A stretch of 64,000 nt of DNA from Prorocentrum cordatum (Eukaryota): NCBI GenBank assembly GCA_963575745.1, contig CAUYUJ010000001.1, forward strand, positions 1,798,001 through 1,862,000, written 5' to 3'. Made by a program: the position numbers and the translations under genes. Below the pieces are notes generated by a model. The model ran no database searches, was not told where the DNA came from, and saw only the letters and a list, made by a program, of their open reading frames with translations. Below, piece by piece: positions 1 to 54,553 of the stretch. How positions within the stretch are numbered: position 1 is the first letter of the stretch; every line of letters begins with the position of its first letter.

Positions 1-1443
1 TGCGTCGCAACCATCGACTACAAGACCTTCCAACCTCCTACCCGAGATCACTTTCGGCAGATACGCCGAGATCAGGACCGCGGAGGACTGCAAAGACTTG
101 ACCGCAAAGAACTCATATCGAGCACAGCGCCTCCAACTGAACTGCATGGAAGACGCGACATCGCCCCGAGCTCGGCCGCCGAATTCCAGCCGGAGGACCA
201 GTCGAGGGCATTGCATGGACAAAACATCCGACCCGGCATAGAAATCTTCGACTACGGACCGCTCGACGAGACGACAAACGATTCGACCCACACTTTGCAA
301 CAGCGGCCGCGCGAACGCCAGACCGAGCACAAGAGGAACTACAGTCGAATACATTCTCCAAGGAGCACACCTACGCGGCTCTGGAGGCCGCGCAGGTTAT
401 CATCCAGACCAACGCGCCCAGAGGATGGATGAAGTCGTCGTTGTGCCCGCACCGCTACACACTTGCCTGCTTGGCCTGCTTGGCCGCTACCCACCAAGCC
501 CGGCAGTGGGTTGCCGCCGAGAAGGCCAACGACGCAAGGCTTCCTCGACGGGCACTTCGCAACCACCAGCATCGGCGCCACGGGACGTCACAGCGCAGTA
601 AGACCGACCCGAGCACCCCACTATAGGACGCCGCTTTGGGTCATACCCAATGGCGACGGCTCCACGAAGGACGCCGGCCGCCGAGCACTCATCGGCGCAC
701 TGCCTTGGAAACGGGTCGAGGAGATGGCGGAGAAGAACCGATGTGCCTAGTGCCTCCACAAACGGGCCCACGTGGAACGGAGATGTCCAACGTCGACCAG
801 ATCCACGAGGTCATGACTTGACTACGCAGGAGCACACATAAGCAGGCCTACAAGACGCAGAACGCAAGGCCCCCCACTCGAATACCCACAACGTACAGGA
901 CCCGAGCGAGGCCATGCCCCTCCCCCTCTACCTGACCAGCACTTCGGCAAAGAGGGGCGCCAAGGCCCCGCAAACTCGAGCAGGGCTCCACGCCGAAGAG
1001 GGAGACCCCGACGGGGACGTGGTGCCATTGGTAGAAGTCACCGACGACGAGCATTGACTCCTCAGCGACTTAGAGACCGAGCATAGAGCCACCAGGAACC
1101 ATTTCAACGGGGTGGACCAGAAGCGCGGGCTCCAGCTCGGGCCGCCGTCCAACGGCAACCCACAATGGCCGACGATCTCATGGTCCCACTTCCATCTGCC
1201 AGCCAGCGTCATCTACGGGGCGCGCACTGATGACCGCCGCGTCAACGCCGACATGCCCCCCATCATTCGAGGCTGTCACGATAGCGCGACCACCTCGTCC
1301 TGACCCGCCACCATGGAGTCCGCCAGACTCCATCTTGGCACGAGGCATCGCGCAGACCTTGGTCGCCAACGCAATCGACCATCGACCGCGCGTCGCACAT
1401 TTCGCCTGACAGACGAGCAGGAGCCGAGAAGCAGCTGACCAGC

Positions 1444-2310
1444 ATGGAGACCTCCCACGACGGTGGCATCGAAGACGAGTACCAAGCGGAGCTCGAGCTA
1501 AAGGGTTTCGCCACACGAAGACCGACTAGCGACAGAATCCTGGCCGCGCACAACGCGCAGGCCGGCAATATTTTGAACGACCGAGACCACGGCAAGCAAA
1601 GACTACCCACGCTAAACCGACTCACTGGGGCATCGCAGTCAACTTTACCCAGACGACACCCAACCAAGGCGACGCACCACCACCAATTTGCCCAGCACCA
1701 CCACCAACTTGCCCTGACTACGCGACAGGGGACGCGCGCGCTATAGCGAGCCCTTCAGCGAGCGGACTGCCCGAGCGGGCTGCCAATGTCGCCGAACCAC
1801 CAGTTGCGTTTGCCACGTGTATGGATTGCCTGCGCGCACCAAACCACACGGGACGCATGGGCGGCCCAGGTGTATTACTTTAATTGGGACGCCAGAGAAT
1901 CTACATGGGACGACCCAGGCAACGCGCTAGTATGTCCAGGATCGAAGAGAGCGTTATTAGCCGACAACGTCGAATAAGTCTGCGACCGCGACGGGAACAT
2001 CATGAACGACCCAGCCATTGCCACATACGATCCTGCGCAACCGCCACCAGCGCCAGCTCCGCAGAGACCACGATCGTTATCGCCACAAGCTCGCTCCTAC
2101 TACGTCGACGTATCCGCCCTCGAGACGCCTGTCGGGAGGTGCCAGGGCGGCAGCGAGTTCTGGGGCGAGATGAACAACCTCAAGGAGAACATCAGCATCC
2201 TCACCAACGACGAGGTTGCAGAACTGGCCTGCTCCGATAGCCCTGATGGACGCCCGGTGAGCTCATTGCTGAACGACCAAGCGGACAACCTAGTCAGCCA
2301 CAGCACGTGA
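1444..2310 (+). pseudogene. Decayed reading frame containing a WW domain (1810-1917)
   Basis: ORFs 1444-1746, 1786-1977 and 2002-2310 share one frame, separated by stops. LPRVW...VYYFN...ESTWDDP fits the WW consensus LPxxW...YYxN...TW.xP. Confidence 0.5.
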
Positions 2311-2559
2311 CAACACGTCGACTAAGCGACCACCTCTTCAAGAGAACGACCGACCCACCGACAGCTACTTGCGCCCAGCCACCAGGGGACATCAAGCAGC
2401 AGCGATGGGCCAGGCACGTACCCCCGACAGGACGTAAAGGCCGCGACGCCAGTTGCCGCAATGCCAGTACCGAGTGCCAGCGGGTAGACACTTGCTCCCA
2501 CGCGGTGGACACGATGCAAGACCCAACTGGCTACGTGCCCACTCTGCCCCTCCCACCGT

Positions 2560-3605
2560 CCGGGAAATCCGGCGAGGAATTCCAAGCCGGCGCCCTCGCG
2601 TGGGACATCCTCAGAAAACCGGCCCCTGGAGGCTCCCCAAGGAAGGCTTCAGAGCTCCGTTTCCGGCGAGATCCAGGAAATCCGCCGACGAATTCCAAAC
2701 CGGCGCCCTCGTTCTGGATTCCGGCGAGATCCAGGAAGTCCAGCGACGAATGCCACATTGGCGCCATCGCGTCGGACATCTTCAGAAAACCTTCCGCGGA
2801 GCATCCCCAAGGAGGAAGCCTTCAGAATTCCCTTGTTCCGTTTCCGGCGAGGACGAATTCCAAACCGGCGCCATCGCGTGGGACATCCTCAAAAAATTTG
2901 CCCCCGAGCATGAGCTTTCAGAGGCCCTCCGTGTTCTGTTTGTGGCGAGATCCGGGAAATCCGGCGAAAAATTCCAAACCGGCGCCCTCGCGTGGGACAT
3001 CCTCAGAAAACCAGCCCCTGGAGGCTCTCGAGGCCTGTAGGCCCCCAAATTCCATTTCCAGCGAGATCCAGGAAATTCGGAGACGAATGCCGAACTGGCG
3101 CCCCCACGTGGGGCATCCTCAGAAAACCGGCCCCCGGAGCTTGCACAAGGGACATTTGCCGACGAATTCCAACCGGCGCCCTCGCGTGGAACACCCAGAG
3201 GCTTCCCAAGGATGCCCTCAGAGGCCCTCCAAAATAGTTCCGTTTCTGCCGAGATCTGGTAAATCTGGTGAGGAATTCCAAACCGACTCCCTCGCGTGGG
3301 ACATCCTCAGAAAACCGGTTCCTTTTGCGGCGCGATCCGGGGAATCCGGCGACGAATTCCAAACCGGCGCCCTCGCGTGGGACATCCTCAGAAAATCGGC
3401 CCCCGGAGGCTCCCCAAGGAGTCCTTCAGAGGCCAGCCGACGCCCTCGCGTTGGACGTCCTCCCTCAGAAAGCCAGCCCCCGGAGGCAGAGGCCCCCCTG
3501 TTCCGTTTCCGGCGAGCCCAGAGAAGCCGTCGGCGATTACCAAGCCGGCGCCCTAGTGCCCAACAGCCGGCCCCCGGAGCATCCCCAAGGAGGCCTTCAG
3601 AAGTC
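2560..3605. repeat. Degenerate tandem satellite, ~120-bp unit
   Basis: Recurring GCGAGATCCGGGAAATCCGGCGACGAATTCCAAACCGGCGCCCTCGCGTGGGACATCCTCAGAAAACCGGCCCC, with partial units. Confidence 0.9.
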
Positions 3606-3747
3606 CTCCTGCTCCGCACGGTCGCCTGATCCTCGCCCGTGTGACCTTCGCTCTCCTGATCCTCCCCCTCCTCATCCTCAGCCGCCGCACCACCGCCTCC
3701 CGGTCATTTTTCTTCCGCCCACAAGCGCACGCCCCTTCTTCTATATA

Positions 3748-3935
3748 CGGTAGGTTAGTGTCGTGTCGACCAGCGGCGACCCCAGCGCGGGCGTTCAAGG
3801 TTGAACGCCGCCGGCGACCCAGAATCGATCGATGTTGAACGATCGGACGTTGCGGCAGCGGCCGATCGTTCAAGATTGAACGATCCCTGCGGTGTCAAAA
3901 ACCAACGCTGGGGTCGGCACGACACGAACCTGCCG
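3748..3935. mobile_element. MITE with ~28-bp TIRs and TA target duplication
   Basis: Left end CGGTAGGTTAGTGTCGTGTCGACC; reverse complement of right end CGGCAGGTTCGTGTCGTGCCGACC. TA at 3746-47 and 3936-37. Confidence 0.85.
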
Positions 3936-5029
3936 TACAGAAACTCCCGTTCCATCGCAGAGCGGCCGGCTAGTATACCTGTGGAGGCCAGACGGACGCT
4001 CGAGGGAATTCCCCGAGGAGAAGTTGCGTATCGTTCTGGCCGTTAGCCCAGGCAGTTTGGGATTCCGCAAGGCCTGATCATTTGCCTGCTGGCAATCATC
4101 ATCGGTGTCCACGCGATACCCTGGATCTCGGGGGACAAATGGGTACCGACACCGCTACTCGCAGGATCTCTCCTTGGGTGCGTTCTGACCCGGATTTCCA
4201 GGAGAATCCAGCCATGGCGACGAGAGCTCTCCAGGACGAGCGGGGGCATCACCAGTTCTTTCCTACTCTGAGGATCACCGCGGGGCCTGGGTTCATCCAC
4301 GGCGCGTACTCGAGCCGCGGGGAGCCCATGGAGCAGTCGCGGGACGTCTGGAAGCGTTCCGCGCCGACGTGATGCCGCCGCACTGAGCCGTCGGCGCCTC
4401 GAGAGCGGAGGCTGCGCTGCCTGAACGCGGGGCTCGCGAGGCGAGGGCCACTTGGGACCTCTTCGCGCGCCTTGCCTCTCGCGCACTCTTCTTGAAGACT
4501 TCGCACGCAGGGGATCCAGGCCACCCCAAGTTCAGAGGAGGGCGAGCTGGGACAACGGCAGTTGGCCTTCGGGGAGGGCCCTCGTCGCCAGGGCTGGGTG
4601 CAGCTCTGAAAGTTGGTACGTCTGGGCCCCGGGAGGGGTCCGGGGATTGGCTTTGAGCTGCAGTTGTCTTAACTCGCCCTGCTCCGAAATGTCGCCGGAG
4701 CGTGGATGGGATCGGCTCGGAGGTTCGCGCTACATCGCCGGTCCCTGCACAGCAGCGAGCCTGCGACGCCGCCGGCATTGCTGGAAGTCCATCGCCGATG
4801 CGTCGCGATCGGAAGCCTTTCCCTCTCCACGCCGACATCGCCGATGCAATGGCGATGCGGCGCGATCATCCGAAACTTCGTCTGCTCTGACCTCATAAGG
4901 GTGGCCTCCAGGGGAGGGACAGGAGGGGAGGGGAGCGAGGTGGAATGGGAGGGGCAGGACAGGGGTAGAGCTGCGGAGCAGGAAGTCCCTGCCCCGTCTG
5001 CCAGAGAGGAAGAGGAATGAAAAGGGATC

Positions 5030-5830
5030 AGGAAGAGGAGGAGGAGCAGGAGGAGGAGGAGAGGAAAAGGAGGAGGACGATGATGAGGAGGAGGACGATG
5101 AAGCGGGAGGAAGAGCAATCCAGAGGGATGAAGAAGAGGAGGAGGAGGAGGAGGAGGAGGAGGAGGAGGAATAGGAGGAGGAGGAGGAGGAGGAGGAGTG
5201 GAGTGGACTTCATCACAATTTGATCCAGCAAGAAACTACCTCCTCGCCCCCTTAGCTGCCTGTTGGTGGCGAACCAGAGCCTCTGGTCAAAGCCCCTGAC
5301 CAATACTTCGAAGATATTCCTTCGGAGCTGCAGTGGTCTGTCGTTAACAAGTCCCCTTCATCTCACAATTCAACATCTCACTACTGAAATAACCGCAACT
5401 GCTGTGGAATCAAAAACAGAGAGATAGTCATGTTAAGCCAGTAAGTGAGAGTGGCGCATCCGTCCCTCATAAATGTGTAAGCGATGGCTGAACTCCTGCA
5501 GACCGAACAATACTTGCCATTCTCGCCCCACGTGTGGGCCGAACGAAGAGCAGAGATGGAGAATGGGGTAGAGGGGGAGGGGGGGGGGAGGGGGAGGGGG
5601 CGGAGGGAGGAGGGAGGAGGAGGAGGAGGAGGAGGAGGAGGAGGAGGAGGAGGAGGAGGAGGAGGAGGAGGAGGAGGAGGAGGAGGAGGAGGAGGGAGGA
5701 GGAGGAGGAGGAGGGGGAGGGGGAGGAGGAGGAGGAGGAGGAGGAGGAGGAGGAGGAGGAGGAGGAGGAGGAGAGGAGGAGGAGGAGGAGGAGGAGGAGG
5801 AGGAGGAGGAGGGGGAGGGGGAGGGGGGTG
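5030..5830. repeat. (GGA)n microsatellite blocks (5030-5200, 5570-5830)
   Basis: Direct reading. Confidence 0.95.
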
Positions 5831-6344
5831 AAGAGGCGGCCCCCGCCTGTGTAGAACTCTTGGATGGGTTGATCGCAGCCTGGCTGAAGGCCATCCTACT
5901 GGCGCGGAGGGAGGCGGCGTCGGACGAGCAACGCATCTTTTTCCACCTGCCAAATTCAGGCGATCGCAAACACGGATCTAGGGGGCGTCGATTAGCGACG
6001 GGTCCCGTTTGCATGGGAAATCGCGGATTTCCACCGCCGAACGATGCGGCATTGGCCGCATTCTGGGGAGGGCACCTCCCCCGATCCATGGATTTGGCGA
6101 CCGCGCGCCAAATCCATGGACCGCTAATCCATGTTTGCGCGCCCCCGATGTTTCCACCTGCCAGATGAGGGACCGATCGGGGAGAGTCAGGAGGGAAAGA
6201 ACCACACAAACACAATTAGTCAACGATTCCCCTGAACATATGGGAAATATGGGAAGTGGGGGGGGGAAGACAAACAACCCCGAACATATGGGACAATAGT
6301 GGGAATCCTGTCATGTGTGTGTGTGTATTTGTTTGTGTGTCCCA

Positions 6345-7620
6345 TGGGCCCCTTGAGAGAGGCATCCTGGCCCGAAGGGCCGCTGCGCCTGCTAACTCAT
6401 CTGCTCAGGCACCTCCGAGAGCGAGAGATGCGTTTGCCTTCTTGCGCATGACGTCCTCGGCCTCCAGGTGCGTCTCTCTTCTGAGAACAACGATCTGTCA
6501 CGTACCACGGCGGGTATCCTGAGAAGCTGAACGCGAATGAGGTCCTAGGTTTTTTTGTTGTCACCTGGGGGCCGATGGTACGATCAGGAAGACCAGCCGT
6601 CGGCGGCGGCGGCGGCGTTGTCGGTACAGTCGGGCCGAGGTGTAAGAGCGAGGTCGGTTCGGGGAGGGTGCCTTCGTGTTCTTCGTGTTTGTTGGATATC
6701 CTGGGGAGGGTACCCTTTGATGTTTTGTATGATTTGGCTGACGAAGGGCCCCATGTCCTTGAATGCTGTTATTCTGGCCTAGGTCCGATGTAGCATACAC
6801 AAGCGGGCCCGCGGTATGAGAAATATCAAAGTGAGTTCATGGAGTTCGCCACGAGGAAACGTGTGACGACGTCCAGGGACAGGCCACAAACAATTAAGTG
6901 CGCCAGCAGTCGGGGATTGTACGAGCCCATCGTCTTAACTGAGACTGCAATCCTCCGGAACCTGAGTTCACGAGCATCTGGTCCCCAACTGGCATCTTCA
7001 ACAACCACCACGGGTGCTCGGGTCGACCGTGCCCTAGTGCGCTACTATCGGGAACGTGGGAACCATCGCGCGCCAGAAACTTCCAGCTTCATCACTCGGA
7101 TTGGGGAAAGCTGCCCATTGCCGAGGAATGCGGCCGCGACGCCAGAAGCTTTTTTCCGCGTGCCTCATGAGAGCATTCGGCACGAGGGCATATGAGTCTT
7201 GAAAAGTTGTCGTTCCACGATTGCATGGACAAAGCCAGGATCGGTGCAATGGGGCCCCTGGGCACCGTAGCCGCAACGCTTGCACTTGCGATCGAGCGTA
7301 GTCCTGGCCTCGCCCAAAGCTCTTTGCCGCGGCCCACCCACCCCTGCCGCGATATTGGCAATGACCTCCACACATTGATGACCGCGAGGGCCAGGGCAAA
7401 TGTCGGCGCGGAATGTCCTACAGTTGTGGTGCCACTTCCTGCGCTCATGCCTGCGCCGCAGGTTGTGGGTGGAGGCCGCAGACCAAGCCAGCTCCTGGAA
7501 CACATCTTGGAAATCATCTAAAAGAGGGGTGGTTATGCTCGCTCCTCACTGGGACGATCCGCTTAGTTTGCGCCCCCACACAAGGTAGTTTATCGACTTT
7601 GAGCGCGTCCCGCCTTAGGT
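6345..7620 (-). mobile_element. Decayed non-LTR retrotransposon 3' fragment (CxxC + RNase H)
   Basis: Ordered minus-strand motifs across frameshifts: RKCKRCG; FWRRGRIPRQW (~7115-7147); VVVEDASWGP..RFRR (~6950-7010); VPGRRHTFPRGEL (~6842-6880); ADELAGAAA (~6378-6404). These are RNase H-type D/E/D motifs. Confidence 0.65.
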
Positions 7621-7671
7621 GAATTTGGCCCGCTGATTGCAGCCCATCGGCGCGCTGGAGATTAACGTGTC

Positions 7672-8573
7672 CGTGTGTGTGTGTGTGTGTGTGTGTTCGT
7701 GTGTGCGTGTGTGTGTTGTGTGTGTGTGTTGTGTGATGTGTGTTGTGTGTTGTGTTAGTGTGTGTGTGTATATGTGTGCGTGTGTGTGTTGTGTGGTGTG
7801 TGCGTGTGTGTGCGTGTGTGTGTGTGTGTGTGTATGTGTGTGTGTGTGCGGGGTGTGCGTGTGTGTGTGTGTGTGTGCGTGTGTGCGTGTGTGCGTGTGT
7901 GCGTGTGTGTGTGTGTTGTGTGTTGTGTGTTGTGTGTTGTGTGTTGTGTGTTGCGTGTTGTGTAGTGTGTGATGTGTTAGTGCGTGTGTTGTGTGTTGTG
8001 TGTTGTGTGTGCGTGTGTGTGTGTGTGCGTGTGTGTGTGGTGTGCGTGTGTGTGTGTGTGCGTGCGTGCGTACGTGCGTGCGTGCGTGCGTGTGTGCGCG
8101 TGTGTGCGTGTGTGCGTGTGTGCGTGTGTGCGTGCGTGTGTGCGTGTGTGCGTGTGTGCGTGTGTGCGTGTGTGGGTGGGTGCGTGTATGTGTGTGTGTG
8201 TGTGCGTGTATATGTGTGCGTGTGTGTGCGTGTGTGTGTGTGTGTGTGCGTGTGTGTGTGCGTGCGTGTGTGGTGTGCGTGTGTGTGTGTGTGTGTGTGC
8301 GTGCGTACGTACGTGCGTGCGTGTGTGCGCGTGTGTGCGTGTGTGCGTGTGTGCGTGTGTGCGTGTGTTCGTGTGTGCGGTGTGCGTGTGTGGGTGGGTG
8401 CGTGTGTGCGTGTGTGTGCGTGTGTGCGTGTGTGCGTGGTGGGTGGGTGCGTGTATGTGTGTGTGTGTGTGCGTGTGTGTGTGTGTGTGTGTGTGCGTGT
8501 ATATGTGTGCGTGTATATGTGTGTGTGTGCGTGTGTGTGTGTGCGTGTGTGTGTGTGTGTGTGCGTGTATATG

Positions 8574-8612
<39 letters not shown>
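7672..8612. repeat. (GT)n/(GTGC)n microsatellite
   Basis: Direct reading. Confidence 0.97.
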
Positions 8613-8615
<3 letters not shown>

Positions 8616-9238
8616 GCTTTCGGTCGTGGGAGTGACGTGTGAGCCGTGTGAGGGTGTGGCGCGTTTGGCCTCCTCTCTTCCTCCGTCTCTTCCTCCGCTC
8701 ACAGGGCTTACTTGAACCTCCGAAGATTCCGCAAGGCCCACCGACGCGCGCGGTGGCGGTGTTGCCCCAACGTGTAGGGCCGCCGGCTCCTCAGCCGTCA
8801 GCCTCGTCTTTGCCCTCTTCGCCCATGAGGTTTTTTTGGGAGGGGCTCGAGCAGCCGTCAGCCCGCCGCGTCTGCTGCGGGGCGTCTTGGCCTTGGCGGC
8901 AGGGCGTATCCGAGGAGGGTGAATTGAAACGATGTCGGGCGACTGAAATAGGCACGGAAACAACGCGCACGATGACCATCAGCAGATCTTGCCCGTTTTG
9001 AACAGGATTCGTTGTCGGCGTCGGCGCGGGCGCTGTCCATTTGAAACGAAGGTAACCTTCCCAACAGCGGCCGCTGTCGGTGTGACGCCCTTTTTGTCCG
9101 TACCCATGGCGGTCGCACCAAGAAATCGGTAGTCGGTCTTCGGGGGGGGGCCCTCGCCGCCACGGCCGGAAGCAGCTCGGAAGACTGGTGCGTTTGCCTC
9201 TGAGCTGCCCTTGCCTCCGTTCGCCCTGCCCCGAGCGT

Positions 9239-49712
<40,474 letters not shown>

Positions 49713-50824
49713 CATTATCGCAGACGCCTGCGGCGAATCACAGCCGCCCCTTGCCTCTTGGAAAAGCCCACGCGGCCAAACGTTGAGCCGAAATCTGGCC
49801 AAGTGTGTGTTTCCCAGGCCGTTGCGGCAAGGAGGAACATGTGGGGACGGATCAGAAAGGAGGAGAAGGACGAGGATGAGAAGGGAGAACGAGGAGGAGG
49901 AAGAGGAGGAGGAGGAAGAAGAAGACTAATGAGGCCCTCTTGGGGCCTTCTGGGGGCTTCCTGGAAGCCTCTTGGGGGCCCCTGAGGGGCCTCCTGACGC
50001 CTCCTGGGGGCCTCCTGGGGCCCCTTTTCGGGCCTCTGAGGACCTTTGGAGGCCGTCTTGTGGCCCCCTCTGGGCAGTCGCAGGTGGTTGTTTGGGGGTT
50101 CAGGGACGTCTTGGTTGTCTATAGGGCCGTCTTGGCGGCCGCCTGGGCCGTCTTGGGGCCCTCTTGGTCTATATTGTGGGCCTCGTGAGAGCCTCTTGGG
50201 CCGTCATGGGGACATCTTGGAGATCTCTTGGGGGCCGTCTTGGAGTGTCGGAAGCCCGAAAAGGTGAGGACGAAATATTTTCTAGGAAGATCGATCATTT
50301 CTGCCTGCTGGAGGTCTCTTTGGAGCTCTCTTGGGGCGTCTGAGGGGCCCATTGGGCCGTCTGGGGGCAATATTGGGCTGTCTTCGGGCCATCTTGGCTG
50401 TCTTGGAGGCGTCTTGGGACCGTCTTGAAGGCCATATTCTGCAGTCTTGGCCGTCGTGGAGGCCTCTGTGAGGCCATCTTTGGCCGTGTTGGCCGATTCG
50501 TGCCCTGTGGGTCCTTCGGGGTGGCCGGCACATTAGACCGGGGCCCCCCGGGGTACATCTTGAAAAACCAGGGCCAGTCAGACAGTCGGCACGCAGCGCA
50601 CCCTGGTGGCAATCCACAGGGGGCGGCGGATCGAAGGAAGGCGCCGACCGCGAATCAACGCCTCCCCCTGCCGTCTAGGAAGAGTCTATGTGGCCGAACG
50701 CTGTGGCCAGGGCTCGGCCGCTCGGCCGTGCTAGCGGAGCGTGTGTCCCCCAAGCCGCTGTAGAAACCCTTCTTGGAACACATGGGGGAGAAAGAAGATG
50801 AGGAGGAGAGGGAGGAAAGAGTAT

Positions 50825-52075
<1,251 letters not shown>

Positions 52076-52444
52076 TCTCGGGGCGGGCCTCTTGGGACAC
52101 TCCTGGGGCCTCCTGGGAGCTTCCCAGGGGGGGCATCTTGGAGGCCTATCGGGGGCCTCCGTGGGCCTGTTTAGGGGTCCTGCAGGCTTCTCGGAGGCTT
52201 TTTCGGCCGTCTTGCGGCGCTCCTGGCCTTTCTGACTCCGTCGGAAACCGTCTTGGAGGCCTCTCTGGGCGACTGGGCGCATTTTTGTGGCACCAGAACA
52301 AATTCGCATGTTGGCATGTTGGCATGTTGGCATGTTGTTGTTTTTTGTGGCATGTTGGCGTCTTGATCTTTCTCTCTGCTCACGCACCGTCTGGTGCAAA
52401 TATTGTTCGTTCGCAGAAGAAAACGACTCCCCAGCGTTGTGGTG

Positions 52445-53706
52445 TCGGGGAATCGCGAGGTCGGGGAGTCGGGCCCGTCGGGCCCGTCGGGGAGTCGGGG
52501 AGTCGGGGAGTGGAGGAGTCGGCCAGTCGGGGAGTCGGGGAGTCGGCCAATCGGGGATTCGGGGAGTCGTCCGCCAATCGGGGAGTCGGAGAGTCGGGAG
52601 TCGACGGGTCGGGGAATCGTGGAGTCGGCGAGCTGGCGAGTCGGGGAGTCGATCGGAGAATCAGGGAGTGGGGAAATCCGGGAGTCGAGGAGTCGGCCAG
52701 TCGGGGAGTCGGCCAGTCGGCCAGTCGGCCAGTCGGGGAGTCGGAGAGTCGGCCGGTCGGGGAGTCCGTAATCGGGGAGTCGGGGAGTCGCCTTGCGGAG
52801 ACTCGGGGGAGTCGGGGAGTCGGCCAGCCAGACAGTCGGCCAGTCGGAGAATCGGCCAGTAGGCCAGCCAGCTAGTCGGCCAATCGGCCAGTCGGCCACT
52901 CGGTCAGTCGGCCACTCGGGGAGCGGGGGAGTCGGGGAGCTGGGGAGCCGGGGAGACGGCCAGTCTGTGAGTCGTGGAGTCGAAGAGTCGAGTCGGGGAG
53001 TCGGGGGATCGGGCAGTCGCCAGTCGGAGACTTGGGGAGTCGGGGAGTTCGGGGAGTTCGCGGAGTCGGGGCGTTCGGGGAGTCGGGGAGTCGGAGAGTC
53101 GGGGAGTCCGCCAGTCGAGGAGTCTGGGAGTCGGGTAGCCTGGTCGGTCGAAGAGTCAGGGAGTCGGCCAGTCGGAGAGTCTGGGAGTCGGGGAGCTGAG
53201 GAACCGAGGAGCTGGAGAGTCAGCCAGTCGGGTAGCAGGCCAGCCGGGGAGTCGGTCAGTCGGGAGTCGGGGAGTTGGGGGTCAGGTGTCGGGGAGTCGG
53301 GGGGTCGGAGAGTCGGGGGGTCGGCCACTCGGGGAGTCGGGGAGTCAGGGAGCCGGGGAGTGGAGGAGACGGCCAGTCGGGGAGTCGGGGGGTCGAGGAG
53401 TCAAGGAGTCGGGAGGTTGTGGAGTCGGGGAGTCCGGTGGGCAGGGAGTTGAGGAGTTGGTCAGTTGGGAGCTCGGGGAGTCGGATAGTCGAGGAGTCGG
53501 GGAGTCGGAGGGTTGGCGAATCGAGGAGTCGGAGTCGGGCAATCGGGAAGTCGGCCAGTTGGGGAGTCGGGGAGTCGGGGAATCGGGGAGTCGAGGAGTC
53601 GGGGAGTCGGACAGTCGGAGAGTCGGGGAGTCTGGGGGCCGGGGAACCTGGGAGTCGGCCAGTCGGGGAATCGCGGAGTCGAGGAGTCGGGGAGTCGGGG
53701 AGTCGG
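52445..53706. repeat. (GGGGAGTC)n 8-mer degenerate minisatellite; also at 55140-55660 and 63030-63465
   Basis: Direct reading. Confidence 0.93.
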
Positions 53707-53802
53707 CGGCAGGAGGCTGCGGAAAGAGAGGGCCCCCGAGAAGGCCCCGAGAAGACCACTGGAGGTCCCGACAGACAGTCTCGGGGGGGCCCTGATCCGC
53801 TA

Positions 53803-54148
53803 CGGTGGGGGCGTTGGTTAAGGACTCCGCCCAGGAGGCTGCAGATCCTGGAGGATTCCTTAACTGATTACAGTCGGGGCGTTGACCTAAGGAACCCTGA
53901 ATCAGGAACGAGGCCCCCTTTTTTCCATATGTTAAACTTGATTTCCGATCGAAAACATAAGGACTACCTGAGGCAAGCTGTGAAACACTTAAGGAACGCG
54001 GAGCCTCTCCCCAACGAAAAGGGTTCCTTCTTCAGGGCCCCGACTGTACGGCGTCGGCGATATCCATGGCCGATCCGCGATTGGAATCCCACTAGCCTCC
54101 AGACCCTGGGTTCCTTATCGAAGGTATCCTTGTCTAAAACCTCCACCG
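53803..54148. mobile_element. Outer MITE (TA TSD, degenerate ~26-bp TIR)
   Basis: Left end CGGTGGGGGCGTTGGTTAAGGACTCC; reverse complement of right end CGGTGGAGGTTTTAGACAAGGATACC; TA flanks; interrupts a satellite unit. Confidence 0.7.
53871..54046. mobile_element. Inner MITE (CAGT termini, TA TSD; Tc1/mariner/pogo-type)
   Basis: Left end CAGTCGGGGCGTTGACCTAAGGAACCCT; reverse complement of right end CAGTCGGGGCCCTGAAGAAGGAACCCT; TA at 53869-70 and 54047-48. Confidence 0.85.
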
Positions 54149-54504
54149 TAAGGCCTCCAGCTTCGGTTGGGGGAGACCGTGTCTCCTGGGAGCTCTCCTG
54201 CCCTACAGCCCCTGGGGGCTGGCTGATGGGCGGGAGCACGACAGCTTTTCGGGTTTCTGCGGAGGCTCCGAGGGAGAGCGAGAGAGAGCGAGAGGGGGAG
54301 AGCGAGAGAGATGGTGCCCGAGAAAGCCCCAAGGACGCCGCAAGGCCCCGACGGGACCTCTCAGGGGGCCTTGGACCTCTCAGGAGCCCTGGTCCGCCAC
54401 GATCTTCGACCTCAGTTGGGAGATCGTGGTTTCGAGAGGCTCTCCTGGAGCCCCTGAGGGCTCCTGGGCGGAATTCGAACACCGTTTCGGGCCTCCCTTG
54501 ATGC

Positions 54505-54553
<49 letters not shown>

